64,000 nt of DNA, taken from contig CM059432.1 in NCBI GenBank assembly GCA_030390025.1, positions 66,962,001 through 67,026,000 on the forward strand, written 5' to 3'. The DNA is from Squalus acanthias (Eukaryota). This document shows positions 50,977 to 63,482 of the stretch, in pieces. A program made the translations under genes and the position numbers. The notes beneath the pieces are model-generated. The model saw nothing but the letters and a program-made list of their open reading frames with translations. It had not been told where the DNA came from and searched no databases. Within the stretch, counting starts at the first letter, position 1. Each line of letters starts with the position of its first letter.

Positions 50977-52163
50977 ATACACTGTAAACATATCTTAGAC
51001 CTTCTTGCATTCTCTCTTAGTCTGATCCCACCTAATACTGTACTATTTCTTACTCTAGTGCTATCTGTCTCTCCCAATCCATTGTGCACTTTGTTTCTCC
51101 CTTCTAATGCTACATCCTGGTGCCCATCCCCCTGCCAAATTAGTTTAACCCCTCTCCAACAGCACTAATAAACATCCCCGCGAGGATATTAGGCCCGGCG
51201 CTGTTGAGGTACAAACCGTCCGGCCTGTACAGGTCCCACTCTCCCCCAGAACCGGTCCCAATGTCCCAGGAATCTTAAGCTCTCCCTCCTGCACCATCTC
51301 TCCAGCCACGCATTCATCTGCTCTATCCTCCTATTTCTATACTCACTAGCTTGTGGCACCGGGAATAATCCAGAGATTACAACCTTTGAGGTCCTGCTTT
51401 TTAATCTCTTTCCTAACTCCCTAAAATCTGCCTGCAGGACCTAATACTTCTTTCTACCTATGTGGTTGATACCAATATGGAACATGACTTCTGACTGTAC
51501 ACCCACCCCCCTCAGAATGTTCTGCAGCCGCTCAGTGACATCCTTGACCCTGGCACCAGGGAGGCAACATACCATCCTGGAATCATGTCTGTGGCCGCAG
51601 AAACGCCTAACTGTTCCCCTAACTATCGAATTCCTTACCAGTTTTGGTTTCCTGATCTTCCTCCTCCCCACCTCCCCACCCCCCACCCCGCCCCGTATAG
51701 CTGAGCCACCCGTGGTGCCGTGGACTTGGCTCTGGCTGTACTCCCTAGAGGAGCCATTGCCCTCACCAGTATTCAGTACTGAAAACTGGTTAGAGAGTGA
51801 GATGCACTCAGGGGACTCCTGCTCTACCTGCCTGGTCCTCCTTGTCTGTCTGGCGGTCACCCATTCCGTCTCTGTCTACACACTCTTAAGCTGCGGTGTG
51901 ACCACCTCCTGAAATGTGCTATCCATGAAGCTCTCAGCCTCACGGATGCACCGCAGTGACGCCAGCTGCTGCTCAAGTGCTGAAACCCGGAGCCCGAGCT
52001 CCTCCAGCCGACAACACTTCCTGCACACATGGCTGTCCAGGACACTGGAAGCGTCCTAGAGTTCCCACATGGCACAGGATGTGCATTCCATGGGACTGAG
52101 GTGCCTGTCATGCCTCTATTTAATAGACTATTAACTAACTTACAGAAATAAACTTAAGACTAA

Positions 52164-55010
52164 GGGTGAGAAATTCATTATAGCCCAGGAATTGGCACTA
52201 ACTTTAGAAAATTCATTGTCATCGCTCAAAGAAAGGATGGGAGCGCTAAATCAAGCACTAACGGCCTAGCTCAGTGGCGTTAGACTCAAAGCGCTAACCA
52301 ATATCAGGTTCAGCCTAATCATAAGTCATCATTGCCACAGGCTCTTTCCAGTTCTTAAAAGGAAGGTTCATTCATGCTGCAGAACCTCATTCTCAGCATT
52401 GCTGCCTGTGAACCTGTGTCAGCAAGCAGGAGCAGGCCAAGTCCAAGGAGCCGGACGACTCAACCAGCTGTACTCATGGCAGATCCACGCCCCAGGGAGA
52501 GAGCCCGCAGTGTTTCAGACCAAGCACTGGAGGAGTTGGTGTCCGCTGTGGAGAGACGGAGGGCGGTGCTCTACTCGGCAAGTGGCAGGAGGCTCTCGCC
52601 GCAAGTCTTCGTGCCATGTGGAGCGAGGTTGCCCATCAGGTCTCGGGCAGCACTGTGGTCCCCAGGACCCACACACAGTGCAGGTAGAAATTTAATGACC
52701 TCACTCGGGTGGTCAGGGTGAGTCAATGCCTCAACAAATGCTACATACCACCGTCTGAACCACAGTCTGCACACACTGCCCAAAGCACCACACTCCTGGC
52801 ACTCACCCACCAACAATCTCTACCTACCAACACTCACATTCACATCTCACACCTTGTACATAATGACAGCTATTCAACTATGGCAGGCACATCACCCAAG
52901 CACATTGCTCCACACTCACTCACACACTTTCCTTTCTCTTACAGGCCAAGGTGACTCACAACAGGAGGGAGCAGGAGCGCACAGGCGGGGGACAAGCCAA
53001 CACCCAACCACTGTCTGCGCTGGAGAATCGAGTGCTGCAGATTATTGGGCGTCAGGTGGTGGGCGCCGTGACCACCAGCGACGTTGACCCCCTTGGGGAG
53101 AACAACGGTATGTTCATCCCTACTCCTTCTTCTCACATCCCACTACCCCCTCACCCCACAAGCCTTTCGCACTTTCCAGCTAATCATGCTGCATGCATGC
53201 ATTTCTCCCTTCCTGCCCCCCTCCCCTCATCTTAACCCGTCTCTTGTGCCTTTATTCTTTCAGATAATGAGCAAGCAGCTGAGCAGCCTGTCCCTGAGGG
53301 CACCGCAGAGAGTGAGGTGGGAGAGAGGAGGAGGAAGAAGACACCGCGTCACTGCATCACTCACCCGCAGGCACCAGCTCAGATACTGGCACTACACGTT
53401 CTTTAGAGGCTAGTATAGTAGTGGGATCTGCACAGGGTGATGCACCGGGAACGAGTGGGCTGCAGCAAGGCCAGGGGGAAAGGGTAGCTCGGGAGTCAAC
53501 TCCCCGGAGGGCGAGTATGCGTGCGAGTTCTGCTGTACAGGACTCAGATGAGGACCTTGATGGGGAGGGCTTTAGAAGAAGGGTGATGGGCATGCACACG
53601 GAGATGATAGGGGCAATGGCAAGGGTGCCCGAGAGCCTGTCGGCAATGGTAAGGAGCGGGGAGGAGTCCGCCTCCAACATTGCACAGAGCTCTGCACACA
53701 CCATGGAGCCCATCATTTCCAGTCTGCAAAGGACAGTAGACTTCCAGAGAGACCGTGGCGACCCAGACCTGATGCCACATGTGATGGGCGATCTGGCAGC
53801 TTCCATTGCAGCACAGGTCGAAGCGACGCAACGTCTTAGTGCTGTAATGCAGTCTATGCTTGATGGCATCCAATCTCAGAGACTGCTCTCATGCAGTCTC
53901 AGCTTGATGCAATGCAAGCTCTGAGTGCTGCCATCGTGGGTGGGTCTACCACCATCGACCGTAGCTTTCACCGTGTCGCAGCAGGCCAGCAATCTGTGCT
54001 GCATCAGATTGCTAGGGATGCTGAGGTGCTGCCCCGGGGGAGTGGCAGTGGGTCAGTGGAGCTGGAATCTGCTGTCCTCTCTCAGGATGACAGCATTCCT
54101 GCTCCCACCGCTGGCACTCTGCCATTGCCCTTGTCGCTGCCTGTCATCCAGCCAGCCCAGACTGCTGCCACCCATGCTGAGGTGGTGCAGTCTACAGCCA
54201 GGTCTACAGACCCAGAGCTAGTCGAGGGCGTCCTGCAAGGCCATCTGAAATCTCCCACGTGAACACTCAGCAGCCTTCCACCAGCCCTGCTGCAGCCACT
54301 GGGCCAACACTTCGTAGGAGCACTAGAGTAGGCAAAGGCACAGTAACAAAAGGCACTAAGGTAGGAGAAGTGCTGTCGGAATACCCTCGGAGTATAAGGC
54401 ATCCTGTTGAGAACCCTCTGGCCCTCCTCCTCCCTCTGGCCACATGTTCCAATCTTTCTCGCTGCCTCCGCTCCCTCCACCGTAGATCCTGGAGGGCGAG
54501 GTCGACTGCCAGTACAGCCCCCATTATTGTAACGAAGTGCAGCAGTTTGATATGTTGTGAGAATAAATGTAATTAATTTTTAGTTGCCACAGCACTCCGG
54601 AGACTAAACAACCTTTAAATGACTGATTGAAACTGTCGCACAATGTCAAACTAACAAGGAAGCAATGAAACAGCACTAACCTGACAGCTACGACTCAGTA
54701 CTCATGATCCCTTTAAGTAGCGTCCCTGGAGCCGGCTACCAACTGCTTCAGGCCTCCTCTCCCTGTCGCTGTCAGAGCGAGGCGCTAAGGCAGGGGGCAA
54801 TACTCAATTTGCATACAGCATGCTCACTGACGTCACGATCTGCCTGGCGCTGAAGTCCCCGGCGCCAACTCGTAGCGGCGGCACTACAGGGGGGCCGAAT
54901 TTGGCGTGCACCGCTGGATTCACCTCGCTGCGGCACTACTCTCTCAGCGCCTCGTTAGCACCCCCCGCTAGGCGCTAACTGGAGGCGCTAAGGTACCGAA
55001 TTTCTCCCCC
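52164..55010. mobile_element. Harbinger family A element (Myb gene on +, transposase stub on -)
   Basis: TIR gggtgagaaattc / gaatttctccccc (12/13); TAA TSD at 52161-52163 and 55011-55013; transposase stub 54524 to about 54362. Confidence 0.92.
52476..54360 (+). pseudogene. Harbinger Myb/SANT-like gene, 3 exons
   Basis: Exons 52476-52717, 52945-53107 and 53264 onward; GT-AG introns at the same positions as in the 11269 copy; frameshifts in exons 1 and 3. Confidence 0.82.
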
Positions 55011-55618
55011 TAAGAGTCTTAAAAGTCAGGCCTACCTTTATCTCCGGCCGCTTCTCTCGCTCTCTTAATTAAAGTCTTTATTCAAACAATTATTTGTAGT
55101 TTTTAAAATTTGTTTATCTAGTTAAGTTAGAGAGAAAAAAAACATTAATACTCACCCACCAATCACCCACCTGCTGTCCTGTGACGTCACTCCTTGTTTT
55201 TTTTGCTGTTCTTTTGGAATTCGCCAGATTTGTACTGCCGCCTCTGATGCTGACTCCTTCCAAGTCCCAAAGGTCAAATATTTATTTGGACTATCTTGTT
55301 ACCTTTAAGAAAATAATGACACCAATGTAAACAACTAAAGTAAATGGGGCCAAAATTCATAGTTTTTCCATACGCATTCCCAAGTTAAGTTTAGGGGGAG
55401 TGTGATAGAACATTTGGGAAATAGGCCAGAACCCAGATATTCTGGCCTCTGCTGGCAGTTTTCATGGGGGCCTTTTTTTCAACCTCTGTTCACGCCCTGA
55501 TTTTAACTGGCCCCTCCTGGTAGAACCCGGGCCAGGGCTGTTAAAATGAGGCCAGTCACTTAGCTCTTCTGATCCTGCTACCATCCTGCCGTGTCCTGAT
55601 CATAGCCGGCTCTGTTGA

Positions 55619-55883
55619 TAGGGTTGCCAACTCTGGTTGAACATATTCCTGAAGGTTTCATCACATGACCTCCCACCTTCAACCGCCCTGCACAGTCAGT
55701 CTTTTTCCCCCATCTGTAATATTTTTATAACTAATAAAGGTAAGTGTTCAAAGAAAATGAAAAACACACAATTTATTTTAATGCCACAATTATATTTCTC
55801 CCGGGTTGCTCGCAGCAGTGTCCATGAGATTAATCTTTAATTCCTGGAGACTCCAGGATAATTCTGGAGGGTTGGCGACCTTA
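55619..55883. mobile_element. hAT-type MITE
   Basis: TIR tagggttgccaac / gttggcgacctta; 8-bp TSD tctgttga / tcttttga (7/8). Confidence 0.8.
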
Positions 55884-58242
55884 TCTTTTGAGCAAGCAAC
55901 CTGAACACGTGCAGGAAGGCTGTGGAGTCCTTCTTTAAATATGCAGATTGGGTTCCATGACGTTATCGGGATCTAATCTGAAATTTTAGTTAAGGCCTGA
56001 GCATGGGAGCAATGAAAGCTTTCCCATCAGGCCAACTCTGTTGGGAGCTGGATTGTGGGCAAGGTAATTGAAACATTTTGCTTTTAGATTTCCTTTGGGG
56101 CCAGGAGAAGCAGGAGTGCTGCTGTGAGCCCCACAAGGGAACCTTAGCTTCCCTTGTACCAGGCTCCCCCAACGACAACCACCCGATCATGTCCAGATGG
56201 CTTCAACCTTGATGGTGTGTGCACTATAGACCTTGTCCTTATTAATTTCTCAATAAAAAAATGATTAAGCTCCCAGTTACATTTAATTCATACATAACCA
56301 CTAATCTCTTAATGAAGCATCTCCAGAGCCCCCACTCCGGTCGCAGTCAGAGCTCCCACCTCTACCCCCACCACTTACTTGAATGCCGGGGAACGATCCT
56401 GTGGGTCCCTGATCCTGCCTCATGAATTCCTTGCTCCCACCTGCTGGCCAGGAAATGGTTCTGGTTGGGTTTGGTAGTCAGTTGGAGTGAAGCAATGGCA
56501 ATAAGCCCCTGTCCGTTAAGATCGGCCAGATCTCCACAACCCTGGACTCCCCAGGTTTGCCACCCACTGGGGCTCATTCACACCATACCCGTTTCTCCTT
56601 TCAAATCAGGGCCCATACATCAGTGGGGATTTGATCAGGTGAGGGGGCTCCCAGGCCAGGAGGGTCCTTGTCCCCAGCCCAGCAGGACAGTGGTGGGCCG
56701 GTACAGCAGATTAAGAGAAGGTGTACTGACTTGCCGCCTGGCAGAAATGGAACCCACCTGCGGTTTTGGGCCTGGGCCATGTTCTGAACCCCTAAAGAAA
56801 TGTATTTCCCGCTTTACTTTTTCAACCACTTTACAGAGCAGCCAGGCTTTGCAAGAATTATTAGCTTCCCCAGTCAGACAGGTACCTGAGATGTGTCGCC
56901 ACGGGTGCTGGCACCCACTAGCAATATTGAAAGGAGGTGAATGCCCCCAGAGTTTGTATCCACTGGTGGCAACATAAAAGGTGTATCCTCTGGAGGACTC
57001 AGGAGAGATCACCGGCAGGCGCATCCTGGCACGTACGCTGATATGTTGGATCTACAAATTTTCGATTTTAAGCTGAAACTAAACAAAATGACTTCTTGTG
57101 GGGCTGAGGCCGACCTGAGTCCTGCCTGATTGAATAGGCTACTGATCCTCAATAGTCAATGGGGAGACATTTTGATGACTATTAGCTTTATGGTAGTCTA
57201 ATGAAAAGAGGATTGGATATCAATGATGCATCTGCACTGTATGCAAAAGGGTTACAGTTCTTAGCTATACTGCAATGAGCGGGACAAGAATTGTAGCTAT
57301 TGTTACTTGTGAATTGCGGTTTTCAAATTCAGATTTTGATTTCTGATAATCCAAATTTCAGACCCTTCAAACTCCAACTTACTCCAGATAAGCTCAGAAA
57401 CGGGTTATACCTATAAATCGACATTTGCGACAAGAAACCGATCACCTTATGGTATCTACATATTATATACATGATCTACTAGACAATAAGGAATAGTCTG
57501 TCACTCTTCTACACTGATTTAACGTGAAATATGAGAGACAGGCATGTTGATCAACTTTCCTGAGATGATTCAAGCACACTACATATGATTGGAAAGCACT
57601 TTTCACAGAACCTACACCAACACGAAAGAAAAGTTCTGTTAGTGGGAGGTATGAGACAAGTTAATGTTCCACTGTCTATTACATCCCTCTATGTCTAAAC
57701 TGTATATTGTAATATGATAAGTTAATGGCAAAATGTACTGTGCTTCCTCTAATAATGTGTGCTTGGCTGGATGGCTGCCATTGAATCTTTACACCTGTAA
57801 TTTTATTAAGTTTGAATTCAACTTCCGATTAATATCATATATCAGCAGAAATATTTCACATCCCACATTCATACTGTAATTGTTTCCATGAGATTACCTC
57901 ATTTGTTCAGTATTTTAATGTTAGTAAATTATGTATTCTGCAGTGTGTAAATCAGAATGAAAGGTTCATTATCAAAAATAGAAAAGTAGTGAATACAATC
58001 TGCATTGCAATTGCTTAGTCAGATCAGACAGTTATTTTCAACTCAGACATTACTAACATTAAATACTGAACAAATAAGGGAATCTATGGAAACGTTGACA
58101 GCTACTATATAAAGGTCAGGCATACACGAGATATATACCGGATATATTTACATAGTGACATAGACTAATACGAAGCAGACTGTCCAACTTGAGTGGGAGG
58201 AAATGCATATTTCACATCATGTGCACAGAGGCTGCACTTTGT

Positions 58243-59477
58243 TGTAGGGGGTAGTGTTTTTGTGTCAGCTTTACCTCTGACTTCTGAGCAGTTCGAATCG
58301 CTCCCACTCCCTTGGTTCTAGACCCTGGACTTATTTGGGGGTTGTGATACAAAGGTGCAGCAGACAACTGAGTTTGATGAAAGAACTTCGATCTTTATTC
58401 AAGAAAATAAAACACAACACAAACACTCTTAACACTCTAAAGGTGGGGGACACTTTGGTACAAGCGAGGGAAATAACATTAGAAGAATACTTCACCCCTC
58501 CTAATCCCACTTCACTAGCTAGGTTGGACTCTGGAGAACCAGGGATAATGCTCACCAAACGAATCCTTGACAGTTGAGAGTTAGGGTTTAGAGTCTTTTG
58601 AGTAAAAAGTTTCGTAAGGCCCTTGTTGCCGCGAGGTGTCCGATGGTCACTGAGGCGGTCGCTCTGGTCTCATCTTGCGTGTCGGCCTACTTCTGGAGCT
58701 GTTGGCCTTCTTTGTTGAACTTCTTTCTGTTGAACTCTGCCTCTGTTTAAACTGTCTTCTTCCGAGCTGTGGAACTGCCTTCTTGCAGAACTGTAACTGT
58801 CTTCTTGCAGAACTGTGGAACTGCCTTCTGTTGAACTTGAACTGTTGTAACTGCTTTCTGTTGAACTGCTTGATGGGCCTTCAATTATACTAAATTGAAG
58901 TGGCCTTATCAAAACCAAATCAAATCCCGCTCATTGTAAGGCCTCGTTAACAGTAACGACTTTACTAGCGTGTTAACTGGTTTTGTAAATGTGTGAAGTG
59001 GTTTCAGGATAGCTCCATCCTGTCGATCTGTTGTTTAATCTTAGTTTGAATTGTCCTCATGTTTTGGGTTTCTTGACTGGGTCTAGGACTTCTATAGAAT
59101 ATTTGCTTTATGCATGTCTTTAATGGGTTCTGTAAACGGTTTTGATGGGACCTGTTGTTTTGGGTGGGACTGTCTTCTCCTAGGGTCTATTGTCAAAATG
59201 TTAATGCGTGCTGGGGCTTTTTGAGTGAGGTCATCCCAATTCCCCAGACAATGCAATTAACTGCAATACCCAAAACTGCTTTTACAGAGGTTGAACCCAA
59301 CTTCCTTCACAGCCTTTTCTCCCTTTACAGGCCCAGACATGTTTTTAAAATGCCAAAACTTGGTTTTTGGTCTTAAATTTCTTATGTTAGGCCCAAATGC
59401 ATTTTTATCACTTTGAGGTAGTTCCAAAGTCCTTTTTCCTTAGGTTTTGGGGATCTACAAATTTTGGAAACCTTACA
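58243..59477 (-). mobile_element. Solo LTR, 1235 bp
   Basis: TGTA...TACA termini; 4-bp TSD ttgt at 58239-58242 and 59478-59481; minus-strand TATA-like near 58885 and AATAAA near 58395; short internal repeats (ctgttgaact, cttcttgcagaactgt) at 58710-58870. Confidence 0.75.
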
Positions 59478-59504
59478 TTGTGGAAAAGAATTTTTTTTTG
59501 AGTG

Positions 59505-59647
59505 GGAATGAATTTTCTTGGGGCTTCTCCCACTGCACTGCTGGAAGTTTGGTGGAAAACCCACTGACACGAGCAAACGGGGTTTCCACTGAACTTGTGC
59601 CGAAGTTACAGTGACGCAGTGGGAGAAGCCCCCAGGAATTTCACCCC
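59505..59647. mobile_element. Small hairpin MITE with Harbinger-like ends
   Basis: About 30-bp imperfect TIR including ggggcttctcccactgc / gcagtgggagaagcccc. Confidence 0.7.
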
Positions 59648-60439
59648 TTACCAATCCATGCAATACATAACTTTCCAGCCACATGGCTCTGGGGAGGAAA
59701 GTTATCTGAAATATATTCTTATTTTACCCAGGAAGCAAAAAATGTATACAGTTAAATAATGGGTGTATGATGCAGCCTGTAACTTGTTTCAGTATGCCCA
59801 GCAACATTAAACTTGATGAATCCAGATGTATATAGTTGGTTTTCTACATAAAATGTTAGAGAAATGTTGGGGAGAAGCTCAAATAAGGATTACAGACAAA
59901 AAGCTGCAGATGCTGGAAATTAAAACAAAAGTAGAAAATGCTCAAAACACACAGCAGGTAAGTCAGTATCACAATTACATAATTAAGTCATACTTGCATG
60001 TTTCACCAACACAAGATCCTGCACAACTTAAGGTAATGATTTTCCTTCCTGTTAACTTTCTCAGATCATTGCCATTAAAGACAAGTTCAAATGGAGATTT
60101 AACATTGCTGTTGAAGAATGCACTAAATGAAAGGACTTCCCCACTGGTATCTTGGTACAATTTTTCCAAATATGTCTTCTCTGCTATCCTGTTGTTATAT
60201 GATCTTGGATACAAAATCAGGCCACTTTGGCTTTATTATTAGCTTCCTTTCATTGGCAACAGATAGTACTCTTCTCTAAATAAGTAGCCAATTATTTTGG
60301 AGCCTCAGGTTAAATTATCTGTATCTTCCTCAGTTAGCTATTGTTGGTCATACAATTCAGTGCTTTTATTTTCTTAGTTGCATTACAATATTTGTGATCT
60401 CTTCAAAAAAATATCCATATAAATGTATACAATGCTAAT

Positions 60440-61160
60440 TATAGAATCATAGAAGCATACAACTCAGAAGGAGGCCATTTGGCCCATCGTGCTTGTGCCG
60501 GCCAGCTATGCAATTAGTCCCACTCCCCTGCTTTTTCACTTTAGCCCTGCAAATTATTCCTTGTCAAGTATATATCCAATTCCTTTTTAAAAGTTACTAT
60601 TGAATCTGCTTCCACCACCATTTCAAGCAGTGTGTTCCAGATCACAACAACTCGCTGCATTAAAAAAATCTCCTCATCTCCCCTCTGGTTCTTTTGCCAA
60701 TTACTTTAAATCTGTGTCCTCTGGTTACAGACCCTCTTGCTAATGGAAACTGTTTCTCCTTATTTACTCATTCTAAACCAATTATAATTTTGAAGAACTC
60801 TATTAAATCTCCCCTTAACCTTTTCTGCTCTGAGGAGAACAAACCCAGCTTCTCTAGTCTCTCCTCATCCCTGGTATCATTCTAGTAAATCTCCTCTGTA
60901 CCCTCTCCAAGGCCTTGACATCCTTCCTAAAGTGTGGTGTCCAGAGTTGGACACAATACTCCAGCTGATGCCTAACCAGTGATTTATAAAGGTTCCACAT
61001 AACGTTCTTGCTTTTATACTCTATGCACCCATATGCCTTTTTAACAGTTTCATTAACTTGTCCTGCCACCTTTAAAGATTTGTGTATGTGAACACTCAGG
61101 TTTCTTTGCTCCTGCACTCCCTTTAAAATTATACCATTTATTTTATATTGCCTCTCCTCC
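60440..61160 (-). mobile_element. CR1 3' fragment
   Basis: LVRHQLEYCVQLWTPHFRKD and ttctatgattctat tail. Confidence 0.9.
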
Positions 61161-61493
61161 TTCTTTATACTACAAAATATTTTCCATTGTCACTTCACTA
61201 AGTAATTCCGGGAAAATAATCATTTTGGGCTCTTATTACAGAATCTGTTTTCCATTCTGAGTTCAAAAATTTCTGCTCCACATTTCAAACTTCATTGAAG
61301 AACACGTCTTTTAAAAAATGTTCCATGCATATTTGTAAAGGATATGTTTATAAGAACTTGACTCATAAATTCAGATTACATTCCTATGATACACAAAAAT
61401 ACATACTTAGCATATCCTCAAGGAAAGGCTTCTGCCTCCTGCTCTTCATCAAAACTAAATTAACACCAGTATCAGAATTTGCAAGACACTTTA

Positions 61494-63430
61494 GGGATGA
61501 TTAACCCTACCAGTGCGCTGGAAACCGGGCAACTGAGGAGTTAAAATTGCTCAGGTTATTTTTTCGCCAGAAAGCTGCCGGGGTTCTGCCGATCGCAATT
61601 TTAATCTGCTTTCCTGGGAAAGTGACAATAGCACCCGCCCAAAGCTGGCAGGGTCCTTCTTTACATATAGGAATATAAGAACAGGAGTAGGCCATTCAGC
61701 CCCTCGAGTCTGTTCTGCCATTCAATTAGATCAGGGCTGATCTGTACCTCAACTCCATTTACCGGAAGTTGTTCCATAGCCCTTGATTGCTTTACCCAAC
61801 AAAAATCTATCAATCTCAGTCTTGAAAATTTCAATCCACAGTCTTCTGGTCCAGAGTTCCAGATTTCCACTATGCCCCATCTTCATCTTCCTTCTCTTTC
61901 TCCTCCTTCTTCTCTCCATTGGAATCTTCATCAGATGATGAGTGCTGAGCAGCTTGTTCCTCTTCTACCTCTAGTCCTTGCTGCTGCGCTATGTTGTGCA
62001 GAACACAAGGATTATCCTAGAAACCCTTGCTGTCGAGTACTGAAGGGCGCCTCCAGGCCTGACCAGGCACCTGAAGACATCTTTAGCATGCCGATGGCTT
62101 GGTCAATGATACATCTGGTTGTCATATGGCTCACGTTGTAATGCTCTTGATGATCATTGGTGGGTTCCTCAGATGTGCTATCAGCCAGGTTAGAAGAGGA
62201 TATCCTTTGTTGCCTAGCAGCCACCACTTAAGGCTGGTTCCAGGTGCGAACAGGTCGGGGATGTTGGACTGCCACAGTATGAAAGCATCATGGCAGCTGG
62301 CGCATACCTACAGGAACCTTTTGTTGTGGTTGCGCACCAGCAGAACCTTGATGGAATGAAATCCCTTGCGGTTGCCAAATGCTCCTGGTTGATCTGGTGG
62401 TGTTCGGATTACCATGTGTGTAATCGATGGTATCCTGCACCTGTGGGAAACCAGCCAGAGGCCCAGTCTGACTATTGTCATCACAGATGAAGTTTACATA
62501 CCTCCCAGCCCTGGCAAACAATCCATCAGTCACCTGCCGTATGCATTTATGTGCAGCTGACTGCAAGACCCTTGATATGTCTCCGGTATCACTGTGGAAG
62601 GAACCAGAGGCAAAAAAATTGAGGACAGTGGTGACTCTTACTGCCATTGGTAATGCATGACCACCAGATCTGCGGAAGCACTGCTCTTCTGAGAGGTCAA
62701 GGAAGCGGAGTCTCTGTCTGTACACCCTGTTACGTGGGTAGTGCCTCCTGCAAACGTGACCCCTCTGTTGCCGCCCCCCCACCCACGTTGCTCCCCCCTC
62801 TGTTGTCCACTTGCAGCTCCCACCTCTGTTACTACCCCAATTCCTCTCCCCTCTGTTGCTCCCCTCTGTTGTCCATCTGAAGCTCCCTCCACAACATGCC
62901 CTTGCTGCTGTGGATGCTGATTGTCTTCCTCATCTGAAGTTCAATCAAAAGTAGCCATGACGCCACCCATCTTGATTTTTTCTGTGCCAACACCTTCAAA
63001 CTGTCAAATAAGTTTCTCACAAGTACTCTCACCAAACCATTTCTCAAAGGAAACTGAGAAAGCAGTAGTGAGCACTGAGCCTTTTTCATATCGGAACTCC
63101 TGACCTTCAATCATCCCCATGAAGTGCTGTTCAATCTCGCCTCTGTTTCACTGACAAGTTTCTCGAACCCCAGGAGACCAGTGCAGGAGCTGTTAATTTA
63201 AAATCGCTGCTAAAATCTCTGGAAAGGAGCCTTACTTAAATATTATAATTAAGAACCTGCCTCTTCAGAGCGAGTTACTTGAATGCCCCGATATTTGCTG
63301 CAGGTTAAAAAAGAAACATACGCATTTGCAGCGGGTTGGGGTTGGGTTTTGTTATTTTAAGATTTAACCCCACCTCAGATCTCTCTTGCCCATCGCAGGG
63401 GGAGGGGCGTGAGGGTTAAACTTCCCCCCC
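61494..63430 (-). mobile_element. Harbinger element with decayed transposase; CR1 tail fragment at about 61662-61870
   Basis: [27 protein letters not shown] and IIDQAIGMLKM; termini gggatgattaaccct / agggttaaacttccc. Confidence 0.8.
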
Positions 63431-63463
63431 AATATTTCAGATCGATGACCTTTCCTCAGAACT
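63431..63463 (-). ncRNA. Degenerate hammerhead motif (second PLE family)
   Basis: agtt-CTGAGGA-a-aggtc(atc)gatct-GAAA-ta-TT; the 3' strand of stem I is lost at the Harbinger junction. Confidence 0.45.
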
Positions 63464-63482
63464 GGAAGATGTTAGAGATTAA

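Larger units (their letters stand above)
48431..55260 (-). mobile_element. CR1 LINE with internal deletions, hosting two Harbinger insertions
   Basis: Tail at 48431; RT and endonuclease fragments 48707-50340; ORF1 fragments 51150-52111; 5'UTR to about 55260. Confidence 0.85.

Noticed and set aside
55345..57150. GC-rich ORFs 56465-56977 and 56635-57024
   Set aside because: No recognisable motifs; probably a decayed DNA-transposon mosaic with unresolved boundaries
58700..58870. CRISPR-like short repeats
   Set aside because: Irregular tandem repeats inside a eukaryotic LTR, with no spacers or cas genes
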